DNA from: a virus
DNA length: 64,000 bases
Virus record (IMG/VR): IMGVR_UViG_3300037200_000067
Span: 1-64,000 of that record
Direction: 5' to 3' (one strand)
In this document: one piece after another, positions 45,728 through 55,558 of the stretch
How positions within the stretch are numbered: the stretch's first letter is position 1
How the letters are laid out: each line of letters starts with the position of its first letter
The notes under the pieces: model-generated
Told to the model about the DNA's origin: nothing
The model's input: the letters and a program-made list of their open reading frames with translations, nothing else
Database searches by the model: none
Made by a program: the position numbers and the translations under genes

Positions 45728-46336
45728 TCACCCGTAAGCCTTGATCTTCGCCACCATGGCGTCGAGATCGCGATTGAAGTCGATCACGGCCGATCGCAAA
45801 TTCGCGATATAGGCCGGGTCGCGATATGCCCGCTTGATGAACAGCGGCATTTTGGGCCAATAACAAACAAGGTCGCACCACGCGCGCTCTGTGATCCACA
45901 TTTGGCCTTGAACCTGCGCCACATGCTGCGGAGGAAAGTCGCCTTTCTCTAAAATCTCGATCAGCACGGATGGCTTGCAATTCTTGACTTCGAGCAGGCC
46001 ATCTGCGCTCAACAGCGCGTCCGGCGACGCGCCGGCAAGCTCATTTCGAGCGAATGAAATCCGCTTCGGTTCGGCGCCGGCGACCAGCGCATAGGCGAGT
46101 CTGGCCTGCTCTTCCATCTGGCGCCCGCGTTCCATCGCGGCGTTGGTAAACGTCTCCTCGGGTTCGCCGGTGATCCGCTCGCCGGCCAGCCGCAAGAGCA
46201 GCGCGCGCCGCATCTTGCCTTCGCCTTTGGCGAGCATGGCGCCGAATTCTGAGGCGGTGACAATGCCGGCGCGAAGGGCTTTCCATTTGGGAGAGCCTTG
46301 GGGAAAATCTTCGTGGCTGAAATATTCAGTGGGCAT
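45728..46336 (-). CDS. YqaJ / lambda-type exonuclease
   Basis: QGS..W..LR.G..TAS, AM.RG..ME, GASPD.L, LEVK and H.AQVQGQMW motifs. Confidence 0.9.
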   Translation of the reverse strand: MPTEYFSHEDFPQGSPKWKALRAGIVTASEFGAMLAKGEGKMRRALLLRLAGERITGEPEETFTNAAMERGRQMEEQARLAYALVAGAEPKRISFARNELAGASPDALLSADGLLEVKNCKPSVLIEILEKGDFPPQHVAQVQGQMWITERAWCDLVCYWPKMPLFIKRAYRDPAYIANLRSAVIDFNRDLDAMVAKIKAYG

Positions 46337-46598
46337 CGTCAGCGTCCTCGTCTTGGGGAACGCCCGGAACGCGAATCCATTTGATCTCCAGGAAACTGCC
46401 ACTGGCCTGAGGAGCCACCCAAAGGCTTCCATCATCGCAAAGGGCGAGAATTCGAGGATAGTATTGATCCGTTTCGGGGACGTCTGTGACCTGAATTATC
46501 TTCCGCTTCACGGGCCACTCCTTTTTCGACCGGCTCCAGGCGCCCCAAAAGGCGGACGCCATGAGAAAACCTATGACAAACTGCAACGGCTCGACCAC
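46326..46598 (-). CDS. Hypothetical protein
   Basis: ALCDDGSLW motif. Confidence 0.55.
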   Translation of the reverse strand: MVEPLQFVIGFLMASAFWGAWSRSKKEWPVKRKIIQVTDVPETDQYYPRILALCDDGSLWVAPQASGSFLEIKWIRVPGVPQDEDADDAH

Positions 46599-46601
46599 GG
46601 C

Positions 46602-47651
46602 TCAATACGCGATCGAAACGCTGGGAACATTCCCCGTCGCGATAGCCCGCACGATCGCCTTCGCGCCATCGGTCGCAGCCTCAGCGGAAATCTTGTCGCC
46701 GGCCAGCAGCAGCGCGATCGTGCTCGCGGCGCGTCCGTTGACCTTGCGGCGGTGCTCGTGATCGGCCTCGCGGGCTGCAATAGCGTCCGCGTCGCGCTTG
46801 CGCTGCGCCTCGGCGGCGTCAGCCTCGGATTTGAGCCGCGCGTTCTCCGCGCGCTCATGGGCTAAGGCCGCGTCAGAAACACGCCGCGCCTCGGCTTCCT
46901 GCGCGAGCCGATCGGCATGTTCCTTGCTCGCCGCTTCCAGTTCGCGGTTGCGGGCCTCATTCTCGCGGTTGCGCGCTTCCTGCAACGCGAGCGCGGCGCG
47001 GCGATCGGCTTCCTCGCGCTCGGCTTGCGCGGCCCGCAGGCTGGCAAGTTCGACTTGTTCGGCCTCATAGCGCACCCGCGCGGCAAAGGCCGTCTGCGCC
47101 TTGTCGCGGGCCTGCTGGACGGTCAATCGATATTCGTCGAAGAAATCCTCGTCCGCAGGCGGGATGAACGCCATCAGCGCCGCGATGTTCGCCTTGATCT
47201 GGTCGGCAGTCAGCGGGTTGCCCATGGAATCGACCGCGCTTCCGAGCAGCGCCAGTTCGTTGATGCGCTGGACGTGCTTGTCTTTGCGCGCAGTCTCAAC
47301 GGCTTCCCATGCAGCGACGGGCGCGCGCACCTGCTCGGCGAGCGCATCAAGCGCGTCACGCATCCGCTTGCGGTTTGCGTCGATGGTCTTCGGCAGTTCT
47401 TTCAGCTTCGCGACCAGCGTCTTGCCAGCGTCGTCGAGGATAGTCTTCGACCGGACGATCTTGTACGCGAACGCCTTCGCAGCCTTGCGGCCTTCCTCAG
47501 TCGTCGCATCGGCGCTGAAATCAGCGACCAGCGCGCGAACCTTCGCGACGTGAACGTCGAGGCCCTTTCCTTCTGGCGCCGTGAAGACGTCCATCGCGGA
47601 ATCAGGGTCGATCGGCGGGGAGACGAAATTGTCGGTCGGTTCGGCGGTCAT
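46602..47651 (-). CDS. Coiled-coil hypothetical protein
   Basis: D..T..GR.....AYK..RSKT..D..GK.LV..LK..PK.IDA.RK pattern common in phage recombination modules. Confidence 0.7.
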   Translation of the reverse strand: MTAEPTDNFVSPPIDPDSAMDVFTAPEGKGLDVHVAKVRALVADFSADATTEEGRKAAKAFAYKIVRSKTILDDAGKTLVAKLKELPKTIDANRKRMRDALDALAEQVRAPVAAWEAVETARKDKHVQRINELALLGSAVDSMGNPLTADQIKANIAALMAFIPPADEDFFDEYRLTVQQARDKAQTAFAARVRYEAEQVELASLRAAQAEREEADRRAALALQEARNRENEARNRELEAASKEHADRLAQEAEARRVSDAALAHERAENARLKSEADAAEAQRKRDADAIAAREADHEHRRKVNGRAASTIALLLAGDKISAEAATDGAKAIVRAIATGNVPSVSIAY

Positions 47652-47710
47652 GAAGGGTGCTCCGTGCCGCCTCCCCGCAATGCGCGAGGAGGCGTCGTAT
47701 TTTCGACAGA

Positions 47711-48466
47711 TCAGGAAGCGCCAAGCATTTTGTCGAGGCCGAATCCGGGTTCATCCCAAAAATCGACGATGAACCGGCCGTTGCCCTTCGCGAGGCTTGG
47801 ATTGTTGATGCAGACCATCAGGAACGGGTCAGGGTATTCGATCGCGGGCGCGGGCGCGTAGTCACAAACGAAAAATGAGACAGGCGCTTTCTTGAACCCA
47901 CGTTCAATGGCAGCGACCTTCCTCAGCGCGTGCAGCGGAATGGTCTTGTCGTAGACTTTGACAGGCGACGGAACCGTGAAGGCCTGAGAAACGCCGCCGT
48001 TTCCAAGGGAAACGTAATCAGACGGCAGCCCCAAAGCAGATCGCGCCCTCAGATCATTCGCTTCGGACGGACTCATTTTTCGCGGCCCGACGTAATAGTC
48101 GGAAGCCGGGCTTGATTCTGTGACCCCAAGAGACGCGTGCCAGCGACGCGGGGGTGTTCCGAAAGATACGCCCTCCATGTGGTCCTTTTCGCGCAGCGGC
48201 CGCCATTCCCAGCCTGATTTATCGCGGCTCTCTTCATGCGCCTTTTTGTCCATGTACGCGATGACGTCGGCGAGAGAGAAAAGACCCCAATCCTGCGCGA
48301 TGATGAAATCCTTCAACGCGCCAATGGCGCTGTCGGGAACAGGCACGCCGACAGATTGAGCGAGGCTGGCGTACTCTGCCATGAACGCATCGCGCGATGG
48401 CGCAGCGGGTTCGCGTGACAAGGGCGCGGACGGGATCGGCGGCTTCGGAAGCGTGACGGCCTCCAT
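47711..48466 (-). CDS. Hypothetical protein
   Basis: WEWRPLR, YDK.IP.HAL, PDPFL and WDEPGF motifs. Confidence 0.65.
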   Translation of the reverse strand: MEAVTLPKPPIPSAPLSREPAAPSRDAFMAEYASLAQSVGVPVPDSAIGALKDFIIAQDWGLFSLADVIAYMDKKAHEESRDKSGWEWRPLREKDHMEGVSFGTPPRRWHASLGVTESSPASDYYVGPRKMSPSEANDLRARSALGLPSDYVSLGNGGVSQAFTVPSPVKVYDKTIPLHALRKVAAIERGFKKAPVSFFVCDYAPAPAIEYPDPFLMVCINNPSLAKGNGRFIVDFWDEPGFGLDKMLGAS

Positions 48467-48706
48467 GACGTCGCCGCCGCCTGAAATACGCCTATTCGGC
48501 CTGAAAAAAGGAACCATGATTCCACTCCTATGGTTTGAAGACGCACCATTGAACCCACGTCATTTCGACGTTAATGCCCGCGCAGAATGCGTCAATAACT
48601 GCGAGGTAGGGACGATCGTAGTGAAGCGCGATGGCGCAAGCCAGAGCGCAAAAGACCGCGTTGGCTGGGCACGCGATGCGCATGAATTTGACTGTCGGTT
48701 TGGCAG

Positions 48707-49306
48707 TCATACGGCATCCTTTGATGGACGGTGCTTTGACGGGCGGTGCTCGCCAAACTTGGAAGGCTTCCTCGGCCCTGGAGCGCCCTCGCTTTCTGCC
48801 ACTCGGCGCCCTAAGGTTCGACGGGCGAAACCAAATTCCTTGGCGACTTGGCCGGCCGGGATGAGTTTGATTTCTGACGTTCGCTCCTCGGGAGGCAATC
48901 CAAAAGCAGCACGCTTGAAGTTTTCGATTGCGTGGCGATCGAAGAATAGGCGCCCGTTTAGCCTCAGTGGTGCCGGAAACTCCGGTGTGGACGTTTTGGC
49001 TTGCTCCGTCGCGACGGGCGGCGCGGGCCGTTCCTTGATCTGCGACGGCTCAGGATTTGTTCCGCCCTTTCGCGGCCCTATCGGCGCCGTTCCGATCGGC
49101 ACCGACTCCAGTTGGTCGATGTAGACGCGGTTCGCTTCGATCAATGTACGCTGGGTGGCGATGAGAGTGTTCAGCGCCGCGACCTCAGTCGCACGCGCTT
49201 CGATGAGCCGCTTACAACTCGCCTGCAAGCGCAGACTGGAGTACCAGGATGCGACCAGCATCACGGATAGAACGACGTCGCATATAAACAGAATGCTAGC
49301 GTTCAC
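48707..49306 (-). CDS. Protein with N-terminal TM/coiled coil and C-terminal AlpA/Xis-like DNA-binding elements
   Basis: FPAPLRLNGRLFF.R..IE.F followed by PAGQVAKEFGFARRTLGRR. Confidence 0.45.
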   Translation of the reverse strand: MNASILFICDVVLSVMLVASWYSSLRLQASCKRLIEARATEVAALNTLIATQRTLIEANRVYIDQLESVPIGTAPIGPRKGGTNPEPSQIKERPAPPVATEQAKTSTPEFPAPLRLNGRLFFDRHAIENFKRAAFGLPPEERTSEIKLIPAGQVAKEFGFARRTLGRRVAESEGAPGPRKPSKFGEHRPSKHRPSKDAV

Positions 49307-49680
49307 GCTTGCATCCCTCCGCTCTGCGCGCGCCTAAGCGCCGCATCGCCAGCTTCCGTGATGACATACACCGTAAAGCCATCGCCGACTGCCGCGCGCA
49401 CGAGGCCGCGCTTGGCAAGCCACGCCAGTTGCGACGGCGCGCGCTCTTTGTCGACGCCTTCCGGCGAAGCAGATGCAGCAAGCCATCGCATCGCGCGGAC
49501 CATCTTCGGCGGTCGGACGCGGCGCTCGGGAACGTGGAATGACGTCATGTCAGCGCCACGATCCTTGGCGCACTGCGGCGAGCAGTAGCGCGGGATTCCG
49601 CCGCCCTCGTCATCAATGTACGTTCCGCAGCACTCGCAAAGCGTGCCGTCGAGAAGCATGTCAGCCACGTCGCCCATCAC
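49303..49680 (-). CDS. Zn-finger / winged-helix hypothetical protein
   Basis: MGDVADM.LDG.LCECCG...G.PRYC..C; C-terminal LAKRGLV...ITEAG. Confidence 0.55.
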   Translation of the reverse strand: MMGDVADMLLDGTLCECCGTYIDDEGGGIPRYCSPQCAKDRGADMTSFHVPERRVRPPKMVRAMRWLAASASPEGVDKERAPSQLAWLAKRGLVRAAVGDGFTVYVITEAGDAALRRAQSGGMQA

Positions 49681-50555
49681 TTGCCTCCTTGCGCGCGCTT
49701 CATCTTCTGATTGAGAAGCGCAATCGCCCGATCGTACGACTCCTTCGGGAGCGCGGAAATCTGCGGGATTTCAAACGCCGCACAGAACGCCGCGCGATCG
49801 GATTTGGTCGCTTCCAGAAGATCGGCAAGCGTCTGCAACTGAGCCGCATCAATGAGATATTCCTCGATTGAGCCAGCCTCCGATCCAGCCGCCCTTCCGT
49901 CATCGTCGCCATCGGTCGGCGCGCGCGACGTAATGTTCAGCAAGAGCGACGCGGTGTACCGTTTGCCATAAGTGATCGACGAGCCCATGGCTTGGACCGG
50001 GTTCTTTGAGCCTGTACTATCGTGCATCAGAACCATTGTCGTCTGTTCCTCGTGGCCTTCACGATGCCCAAGGATGCCCGTGACGGTGATCCGGCCATCG
50101 GGCGCAATGCCAGTCTTGAACGACAGCGCGAACCCGAATTTGGCGAGCGGCCCTTTGATGGCCTCGTTGATATCGGCCAACGACGAATAGGGCGTCTCTT
50201 GAATCGGTTTGGCGTTCGGATTCGGCGGCTGCCTCTCCCGATCGGCCTTGGAATAGACGATAATCCTGCCCGTCTGCGCGACGCCCGGAAGCTCGGGCTG
50301 CATAGCGCTGAAATCAGCGAAGAACGCGGCCTTGGCGCGCCTGGCTTGAACCCTGTCGTGCAGGTCCATCAGCTTTTCGAGCCGCGCGAGATCAACGCTC
50401 GGATCGACTAGCACGCGCTCGATCATCGCGGTGAAGTGGTCCTGCGCGACGGGCGCGGCATGGCGTCCGTGCTGGGCGTGGACGACGCTTCCGCCGTCGT
50501 GAACGCCTTCGCCGACGACGATCGTCTCGACCGCCGCGTCCGTCGTTTCCGCCAT
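49677..50555 (-). CDS. erf: ERF-family ssDNA annealing protein
   Basis: YSSL.DI...I...L...G.AL.F, L.H..GH.E, QA.GS.ITYG.RY and D.DDDG motifs. Confidence 0.85.
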   Translation of the reverse strand: MAETTDAAVETIVVGEGVHDGGSVVHAQHGRHAAPVAQDHFTAMIERVLVDPSVDLARLEKLMDLHDRVQARRAKAAFFADFSAMQPELPGVAQTGRIIVYSKADRERQPPNPNAKPIQETPYSSLADINEAIKGPLAKFGFALSFKTGIAPDGRITVTGILGHREGHEEQTTMVLMHDSTGSKNPVQAMGSSITYGKRYTASLLLNITSRAPTDGDDDGRAAGSEAGSIEEYLIDAAQLQTLADLLEATKSDRAAFCAAFEIPQISALPKESYDRAIALLNQKMKRAQGGK

Positions 50556-50634
50556 GCTGATTCTCCGTGCGTGAGAACCAGATATATTTTACGCGGCGGG
50601 AAATAACAACGGACGGAACGATCCTCTCACGTAT

Positions 50635-51018
50635 TTATTTTGTCGCACATTCGGGACAGAATACCGGAGGCGTCCAGTTCGCGTGAATGTGGCCGCGCAG
50701 CGGGACGATCACTTTGCGCTCTGTCCCGCATTCGGCACACAGATACGGCGTCTGGATCGGCGTGTTCAAGTCGATCGGAAGCGCTTTGCCGTGCTGCGCG
50801 GCGCAAACCAGCGCCTCGATCTCTTCCTCGAACGGGTCATCGGGTTTGATTAGCCGCTCTTTCCAGCCCTTGATCGGAGGCCACGAGACGCCCCAGCGCG
50901 CCAGTTGCGCGGCGGTGTAGCCGCCGTTGCGCGACCGTCCGGCCCGAAATTCAGCGATGGTGATCCGGCGCTTGATATTCTCGACGGGCAGACCGGGAGC
51001 AGCTTTGCGACGGGACAC
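50635..51018 (-). CDS. Hypothetical protein
   Basis: GGYT.AQLA.WGV.WPP..GW...L motif plus C-terminal CxxC pairs. Confidence 0.55.
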   Translation of the reverse strand: MSRRKAAPGLPVENIKRRITIAEFRAGRSRNGGYTAAQLARWGVSWPPIKGWKERLIKPDDPFEEEIEALVCAAQHGKALPIDLNTPIQTPYLCAECGTERKVIVPLRGHIHANWTPPVFCPECATK

Positions 51019-51022
51019 GCGA

Positions 51023-51068
51023 TATCCCCAGCGACAACTTGACGTTTTTTACTCCCTGGGGATAGAGA
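51023..51068 (+). promoter_or_regulatory. Putative sigma70 promoter for cro, flanked by an inverted repeat
   Basis: TTGACG at 51039-51044 lies between TATCCCCAG (51023-51031) and CTGGGGATA (51056-51064). Confidence 0.55.
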
Positions 51069-51073
51069 TAGCA

Positions 51074-51319
51074 ATGGACCTGATGGCCTACATGCAGCGA
51101 TTCGAGCTTGATAATGCGGCCATGGCGCTGAAAATCGGCTGCTCGCAGGGCGCCGTGAACAAGTGGAAATACGGCCACGTCATGCCGACGCCAGTGTCCT
51201 TGCGTAAAATATTGCAGGCGACAAGCGGCCTCGTGACGGCCGATGATATGCTTCAGGCTTTCGAGCGCCAAGTCGCGCGGCAGGCCGCACGCAAAGCGAG
51301 AAACGAGGATGGACAATGA
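51074..51319 (+). CDS. Cro-like HTH regulator
   Basis: MA.KIGCSQGAVNKW.YG...P......I..ATSG.VTA.D. Confidence 0.8.
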   Translation: MDLMAYMQRFELDNAAMALKIGCSQGAVNKWKYGHVMPTPVSLRKILQATSGLVTADDMLQAFERQVARQAARKARNEDGQ

Positions 51320-52578
51320 GCGCCGACCTCGAATTTCATCCTCTCGCTGAAATATTCCCAACCATCTACGGCGCGGAATTTGATGCACTTGCGTCTGACA
51401 TTGCCGCGCATGGTTTGCGCGAGCCGATCGTGCTTTTCGAGGGCGCTATCCTGGACGGGCGCAACCGATACCGCGCTTGCGCGGAGGCCGGCGTGCCCGC
51501 TCGATTTGAGACGTATACCGGCTCCGATCCGGTTAGCTACGTCGTCAGCCTGAATCTTCGCCGCCGGCATCTGGATGAGAGCCAGCGGGCCATGGTCGCG
51601 GCGCGGCTAGCGAACCTTCGCGACGGACAACGGAAGACAGCTTCGCCAATTGGCGAACGTGCCGTGTCTCAAGCCGACGCCGCCAAGATGCTGAACGTCG
51701 GCAAGCGTTCCGTCGAACGCGCCGTCGAAGTCCGCGACCAAGGCGCGCCAGATCTTATCGCCGCCGTTGATCGCGGCAAGGTCAGCGTGTCTGCTGCCGC
51801 CGATGTGGCGACGCTTCCGAAGGCGCGGCAGGCGGAGGTCGTCAAGTGGTCGCCTGACGATATCGTCAAGGAAGCGAATCGGATCAAGCGCCACCGCAAG
51901 GAGACGAAGCGCGAGGAACGGAAAGCCGAAATTGCCGATCTTGCCGCCGTTGCCGCGCCCGCAGGCGCTCGACACGATCTTCGGCGCGCGCCGTGTTCCT
52001 CAATTCTCGCGTTGGCGCCGAATAGCGCCGAATGGTTCATCACGGACCCTCCGTATCCGAAAGAATTCCTGCCGGTCTATGACGAATTGGGCGCAGCGGC
52101 CGCGCACGCTTTGAGGCCGGGCGGCTCGCTGCTCTGCATGGTCGGTCAGTCTTACCTTCCTGACGTCATTGCGATGCTCGGAAAGCACCTGACCTATCAC
52201 TGGACGCTGGCTTATCTCACGCCCGGCGGCCAAGCCGTCCAGGTGTTCCCACGCCGCGTCAACACCTTCTGGAAGCCGGTTCTTTGGTTCGTCAAGGCGG
52301 AGTTCGATGGTTCGTGGATTGGCGATTCCGTCGCGTCCAAAACAAACGACAATGACAAGCGCTTCCACGAATGGGGCCAGTCCGAGAGCGGCATGCTCGA
52401 TCTTATGGCGCGCTTTGTGCGGCCCGGCGAAACCGTTGTTGATCCATTCATGGGAGCGGGCACTACGGGCGTCGTGGCGCTAGCACTCGGCGCCAAATTC
52501 ATCGGCCTCGATATCAACGAGGACGCGTTCAACGAAGCAACCGTGAGGATGGACCGTGCCGCAAAACTGGTCGCCTGA
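51316..52578 (+). CDS. ParB-like N-terminal domain fused to an N6A/N4C DNA methyltransferase (beta class)
   Basis: DI..HGL.EPI...ILDGRNR (ParB-like); ITDPPY followed by VDPFMGAGTT. Confidence 0.85.
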   Translation: MSADLEFHPLAEIFPTIYGAEFDALASDIAAHGLREPIVLFEGAILDGRNRYRACAEAGVPARFETYTGSDPVSYVVSLNLRRRHLDESQRAMVAARLANLRDGQRKTASPIGERAVSQADAAKMLNVGKRSVERAVEVRDQGAPDLIAAVDRGKVSVSAAADVATLPKARQAEVVKWSPDDIVKEANRIKRHRKETKREERKAEIADLAAVAAPAGARHDLRRAPCSSILALAPNSAEWFITDPPYPKEFLPVYDELGAAAAHALRPGGSLLCMVGQSYLPDVIAMLGKHLTYHWTLAYLTPGGQAVQVFPRRVNTFWKPVLWFVKAEFDGSWIGDSVASKTNDNDKRFHEWGQSESGMLDLMARFVRPGETVVDPFMGAGTTGVVALALGAKFIGLDINEDAFNEATVRMDRAAKLVA

Positions 52579-53029
52579 CGGCACGCGCCAAGAGCGCACG
52601 GGCTGGCGAGATGCGGAAGTCAGTGCGCGCCATCGGCATTGGGGGATGAACTGCCCTGCCGTCGATCTCGATTTTCTGATGGTCGAATACAACCTCGGAA
52701 AGCCTGTCGCGCTTGTGGAGTATAAACATCACTACGCGCGAACGCCGAACCTCCTGCATCCAACGTACCGCGCCATTCGTATGCTAGCGGACGGCTATCG
52801 GGACGACCCGCTGCCCTTTATCGTCGCCTTCTATTGGTCGGACATATGGGCATTCCGAATCGTTCCTGTTAACGAAGTCGCTGAGCGACATTTCAAATTT
52901 AATGAGCACGTCAGCGAACGAGAATTTGTATCGCGCCTCTACCGGATGCGCCGACTCGTGTTGGCTGCGCACTTGAAGGATTCCCTTCATACCGAACTTC
53001 CTGCGGAAGCCGCAGAAAGCCACACCTAA
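52556..53029 (+). CDS. Putative PD-(D/E)XK nuclease
   Basis: DLDFL...ALVEYK motif; overlaps the MTase end. Confidence 0.5.
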   Translation: MPQNWSPDGTRQERTGWRDAEVSARHRHWGMNCPAVDLDFLMVEYNLGKPVALVEYKHHYARTPNLLHPTYRAIRMLADGYRDDPLPFIVAFYWSDIWAFRIVPVNEVAERHFKFNEHVSEREFVSRLYRMRRLVLAAHLKDSLHTELPAEAAESHT

Positions 53030-53050
53030 CGAACTACTGGAGAAGCGATC

Positions 53051-53623
53051 ATGGGGCGCCCAAAGGGATCAAAGAATCGTCAGGCTGGAGCAGCGAAAGC
53101 CGCCAAATCAGCGCCGCGCAGCGACGGCGTGACCACCACGAAGCACAATATCGCGGCGGCGGCGGCTTCGCTCACCGATGACGAGCGCCAGGCTCTGACG
53201 CGCCATCACGTCGGGCAATACAAGCGCGATCTAGAGGCCAAAAAGGCGGCGGACGCGACGTTCAAAAACACCTGCAAAAAGGCCAAGTCGGACGGCGTCG
53301 CGCTGTCGGAAATCAAGACTTTCATCGAAATGGAAACGCCAGAGGGCGAAAAGCGCGTCGCCGAAAACCTCGAACAGTCGCTCCGGATCGCGCGCTGGCT
53401 CGGGTCGAACATCGGCGACCAGCTCGGCCTCTTTGCCAATGGCGAAGCGGACGGCGACCCTGCGGGCGCGGCCTATCGGGCCGGCAAGCGGGCGGCGATG
53501 GAGAACAAGAAGGGCATTCCGCCAAGCCATTACGATCGTGACGAATGGCTGCGGGGCTACCAGGACGCGCAAGCGGCCTTGATCGAAAGCATGGGCACGA
53601 AGGAAGGCGCGGCGGCGCACTGA
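53051..53623 (+). CDS. Putative GapR/DUF2312-like DNA-binding protein with an RMF-like C-terminal motif
   Basis: K.AKSDG......K..I pattern; C-terminal AY.AG..A......PP.......WL.GY. Confidence 0.4.
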   Translation: MGRPKGSKNRQAGAAKAAKSAPRSDGVTTTKHNIAAAAASLTDDERQALTRHHVGQYKRDLEAKKAADATFKNTCKKAKSDGVALSEIKTFIEMETPEGEKRVAENLEQSLRIARWLGSNIGDQLGLFANGEADGDPAGAAYRAGKRAAMENKKGIPPSHYDRDEWLRGYQDAQAALIESMGTKEGAAAH

Positions 53624-53629
53624 GGATCG

Positions 53630-54151
53630 ATGCGCCTGCTGTTTCTCGATCTCGCCCGGCGCACCGGCTACGCCTACGGTCGCGCCGGGCAGATTCCGAC
53701 GTCCGGCTCGCTGACGCTGCGCGACGTCGACGACAGCAAAGGCCTCGCGATCGGCGCGCTCGGAAGGTGGCTTAGCGACCTGATCATCGCGGAAGGACCG
53801 CCCGATCTGATCGGCATCGAGCGCTGGCTCCCGCCGAAAATCAGCCGTAACGCCGTCTCGACTGAGGACGCGCTGCGCATGAACGGATGCATCCACGGAA
53901 TTGCGGGAATCTATGGGATTAATATCGTCGAGCCTTATCCGGCCACAATCAGATCAGCGGTCTGCGGGCGCTCGCACGCGGCAGGCGAAAACGATATCGG
54001 GACAAAACGGATGGTCATTGATACGATGATCTTGCGAAAATACATCCCGAAGGGCTGCGAGGACCATGACCGTGCCGACGCTTGCGCCGGATTCGCGTGG
54101 ATGGAAGCCTATTGCGTGCCGGTCGGGCAGTCGAAATTCAAGCTGATGTAG
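53630..54151 (+). CDS. RuvC-like Holliday junction resolvase
   Basis: LFLDLARRTGYA, IGIE and HDRADA acidic motifs. Confidence 0.8.
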   Translation: MRLLFLDLARRTGYAYGRAGQIPTSGSLTLRDVDDSKGLAIGALGRWLSDLIIAEGPPDLIGIERWLPPKISRNAVSTEDALRMNGCIHGIAGIYGINIVEPYPATIRSAVCGRSHAAGENDIGTKRMVIDTMILRKYIPKGCEDHDRADACAGFAWMEAYCVPVGQSKFKLM

Positions 54152-54159
54152 GGGCGTTC

Positions 54160-55419
54160 ATGGACCTCGAATTTCACCCGCTCGCCGCCATTTTCCCATT
54201 GATGCAGCCGGCTGAATTTGCGGAGCTTGTCGCCGACATCAAGGCCAACGGAATCCGCGACGAAATCGTGGTGCTCGACGGCAAGATTCTCGACGGACGA
54301 AACCGGCATCTGGCCTGCCAAGAGGCTGGCGTGAAGGGCGTCTATGCGACGTTCGACCCGGAGGTCGACGGTCCCGATCCACTTGCTTTCGTGATCAGCC
54401 ACAACATCAAGCGCCGGCATTTGAGCGAAACGCAGCGCGGCATGGTCGCCGCCAATCTCTGCACCATGCCACTCGGAGGCGCGTTTTATCGGACGGCACG
54501 GTTGCCGACCGATCGGCCGCTCATATCGCAGGCCCAAGCCGCGCAAATGGTAGGGGTGTCCGAGCGCACGGTTCGAGACTGCGTAAGGATCAAAAACGAG
54601 GGTTCTCCGGAACTGTCGGACGCGGCGCGCGGCGGTCAAATTCCCGCCAGCGTCGCCGCCAAGGCCACACAACTGCCCCCAGATCAGCAAGTCGCGATTG
54701 CCAAGGCTGCTGAGGCCGGGAACACGCGCGCCGCCTCCACGGTCGTTAAAAAGGCCGCGCGCGCCAAGCGCGAAACCGACCTTGCCGCCGCGCAACTGGC
54801 GCTGCCGGCGAAGCGCTACGGCGTGATCCTCGCCGACCCGCCGTGGTCGTTCGAGGTCTGGGCTGCGGAAACCGGCATGGACCGTGCGGCAGATAACCAC
54901 TATCCGACAAGCACGATCGAAGACATCAAAGCGACGGATATCGGCTCGATCGCCGCTGACGATTGCGTGCTGTTCCTGTGGGCGACGTCGCCGATGCTGC
55001 CGCACGCGCTGATGGTGATGGCGGCGTGGGGCTTTGAATATAAATCGAGCGCGGTGTGGATAAAAACCAAAGACGGCACCGGATATTGGTTTCGCAACCG
55101 GCACGAGCTTCTTCTGGTCGGCACGAAGGGCAATATTCCGGCGCCAGCCATGGGCACGCAAGACTCGTCCGTCATCGAAGCGCCAGCCCGCACGCATTCC
55201 GAAAAGCCGGACGAGGCCTACGAACTCATCGAAAAATATTTTCCCACAGTCCCCAGAATCGAACTGAATGCGCGCCGAAAACGAGCCGGATGGGACGCTC
55301 ACGGAACGCTGGAGCGCGAGATTCGCCTAGAGAATCCTATTGTCAATTCCCGCCCTGTAAACAAACGCAAAACGCCGCCTCCGGGGGGCGGAAGCGGCGC
55401 CTTGACGTCTTCACGATGA
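54160..55419 (+). CDS. ParB-like N-terminal domain fused to an MT-A70 adenine methyltransferase
   Basis: ILDGRNR (ParB-like); VILADPPW, HYPT, LFLWAT, AWGF.YK, E.LL.G.KG, HS.KP and IEL.AR (MT-A70). Confidence 0.88.
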   Translation: MDLEFHPLAAIFPLMQPAEFAELVADIKANGIRDEIVVLDGKILDGRNRHLACQEAGVKGVYATFDPEVDGPDPLAFVISHNIKRRHLSETQRGMVAANLCTMPLGGAFYRTARLPTDRPLISQAQAAQMVGVSERTVRDCVRIKNEGSPELSDAARGGQIPASVAAKATQLPPDQQVAIAKAAEAGNTRAASTVVKKAARAKRETDLAAAQLALPAKRYGVILADPPWSFEVWAAETGMDRAADNHYPTSTIEDIKATDIGSIAADDCVLFLWATSPMLPHALMVMAAWGFEYKSSAVWIKTKDGTGYWFRNRHELLLVGTKGNIPAPAMGTQDSSVIEAPARTHSEKPDEAYELIEKYFPTVPRIELNARRKRAGWDAHGTLEREIRLENPIVNSRPVNKRKTPPPGGGSGALTSSR

Positions 55420-55558
55420 CGAGGCACAAAAGGTGCGTCTTGGGCCGGCCAGCCCGTTGACGCGGAGCCAACGATAAGAGGGTATCGGTGACTGAATATT
55501 TCTTTACAGCATTTATTATCACGTTGCAACCGTGCGGCGCTAGCGCTGGCGGTCAACG

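Noticed and set aside
50581-50610. Shared promoter motif with 61865-61895 (ATATATTTT...GCGGGA.ATA)
   Set aside because: Spacing and orientation relative to the genes differ; two loose copies are not enough to call a motif.
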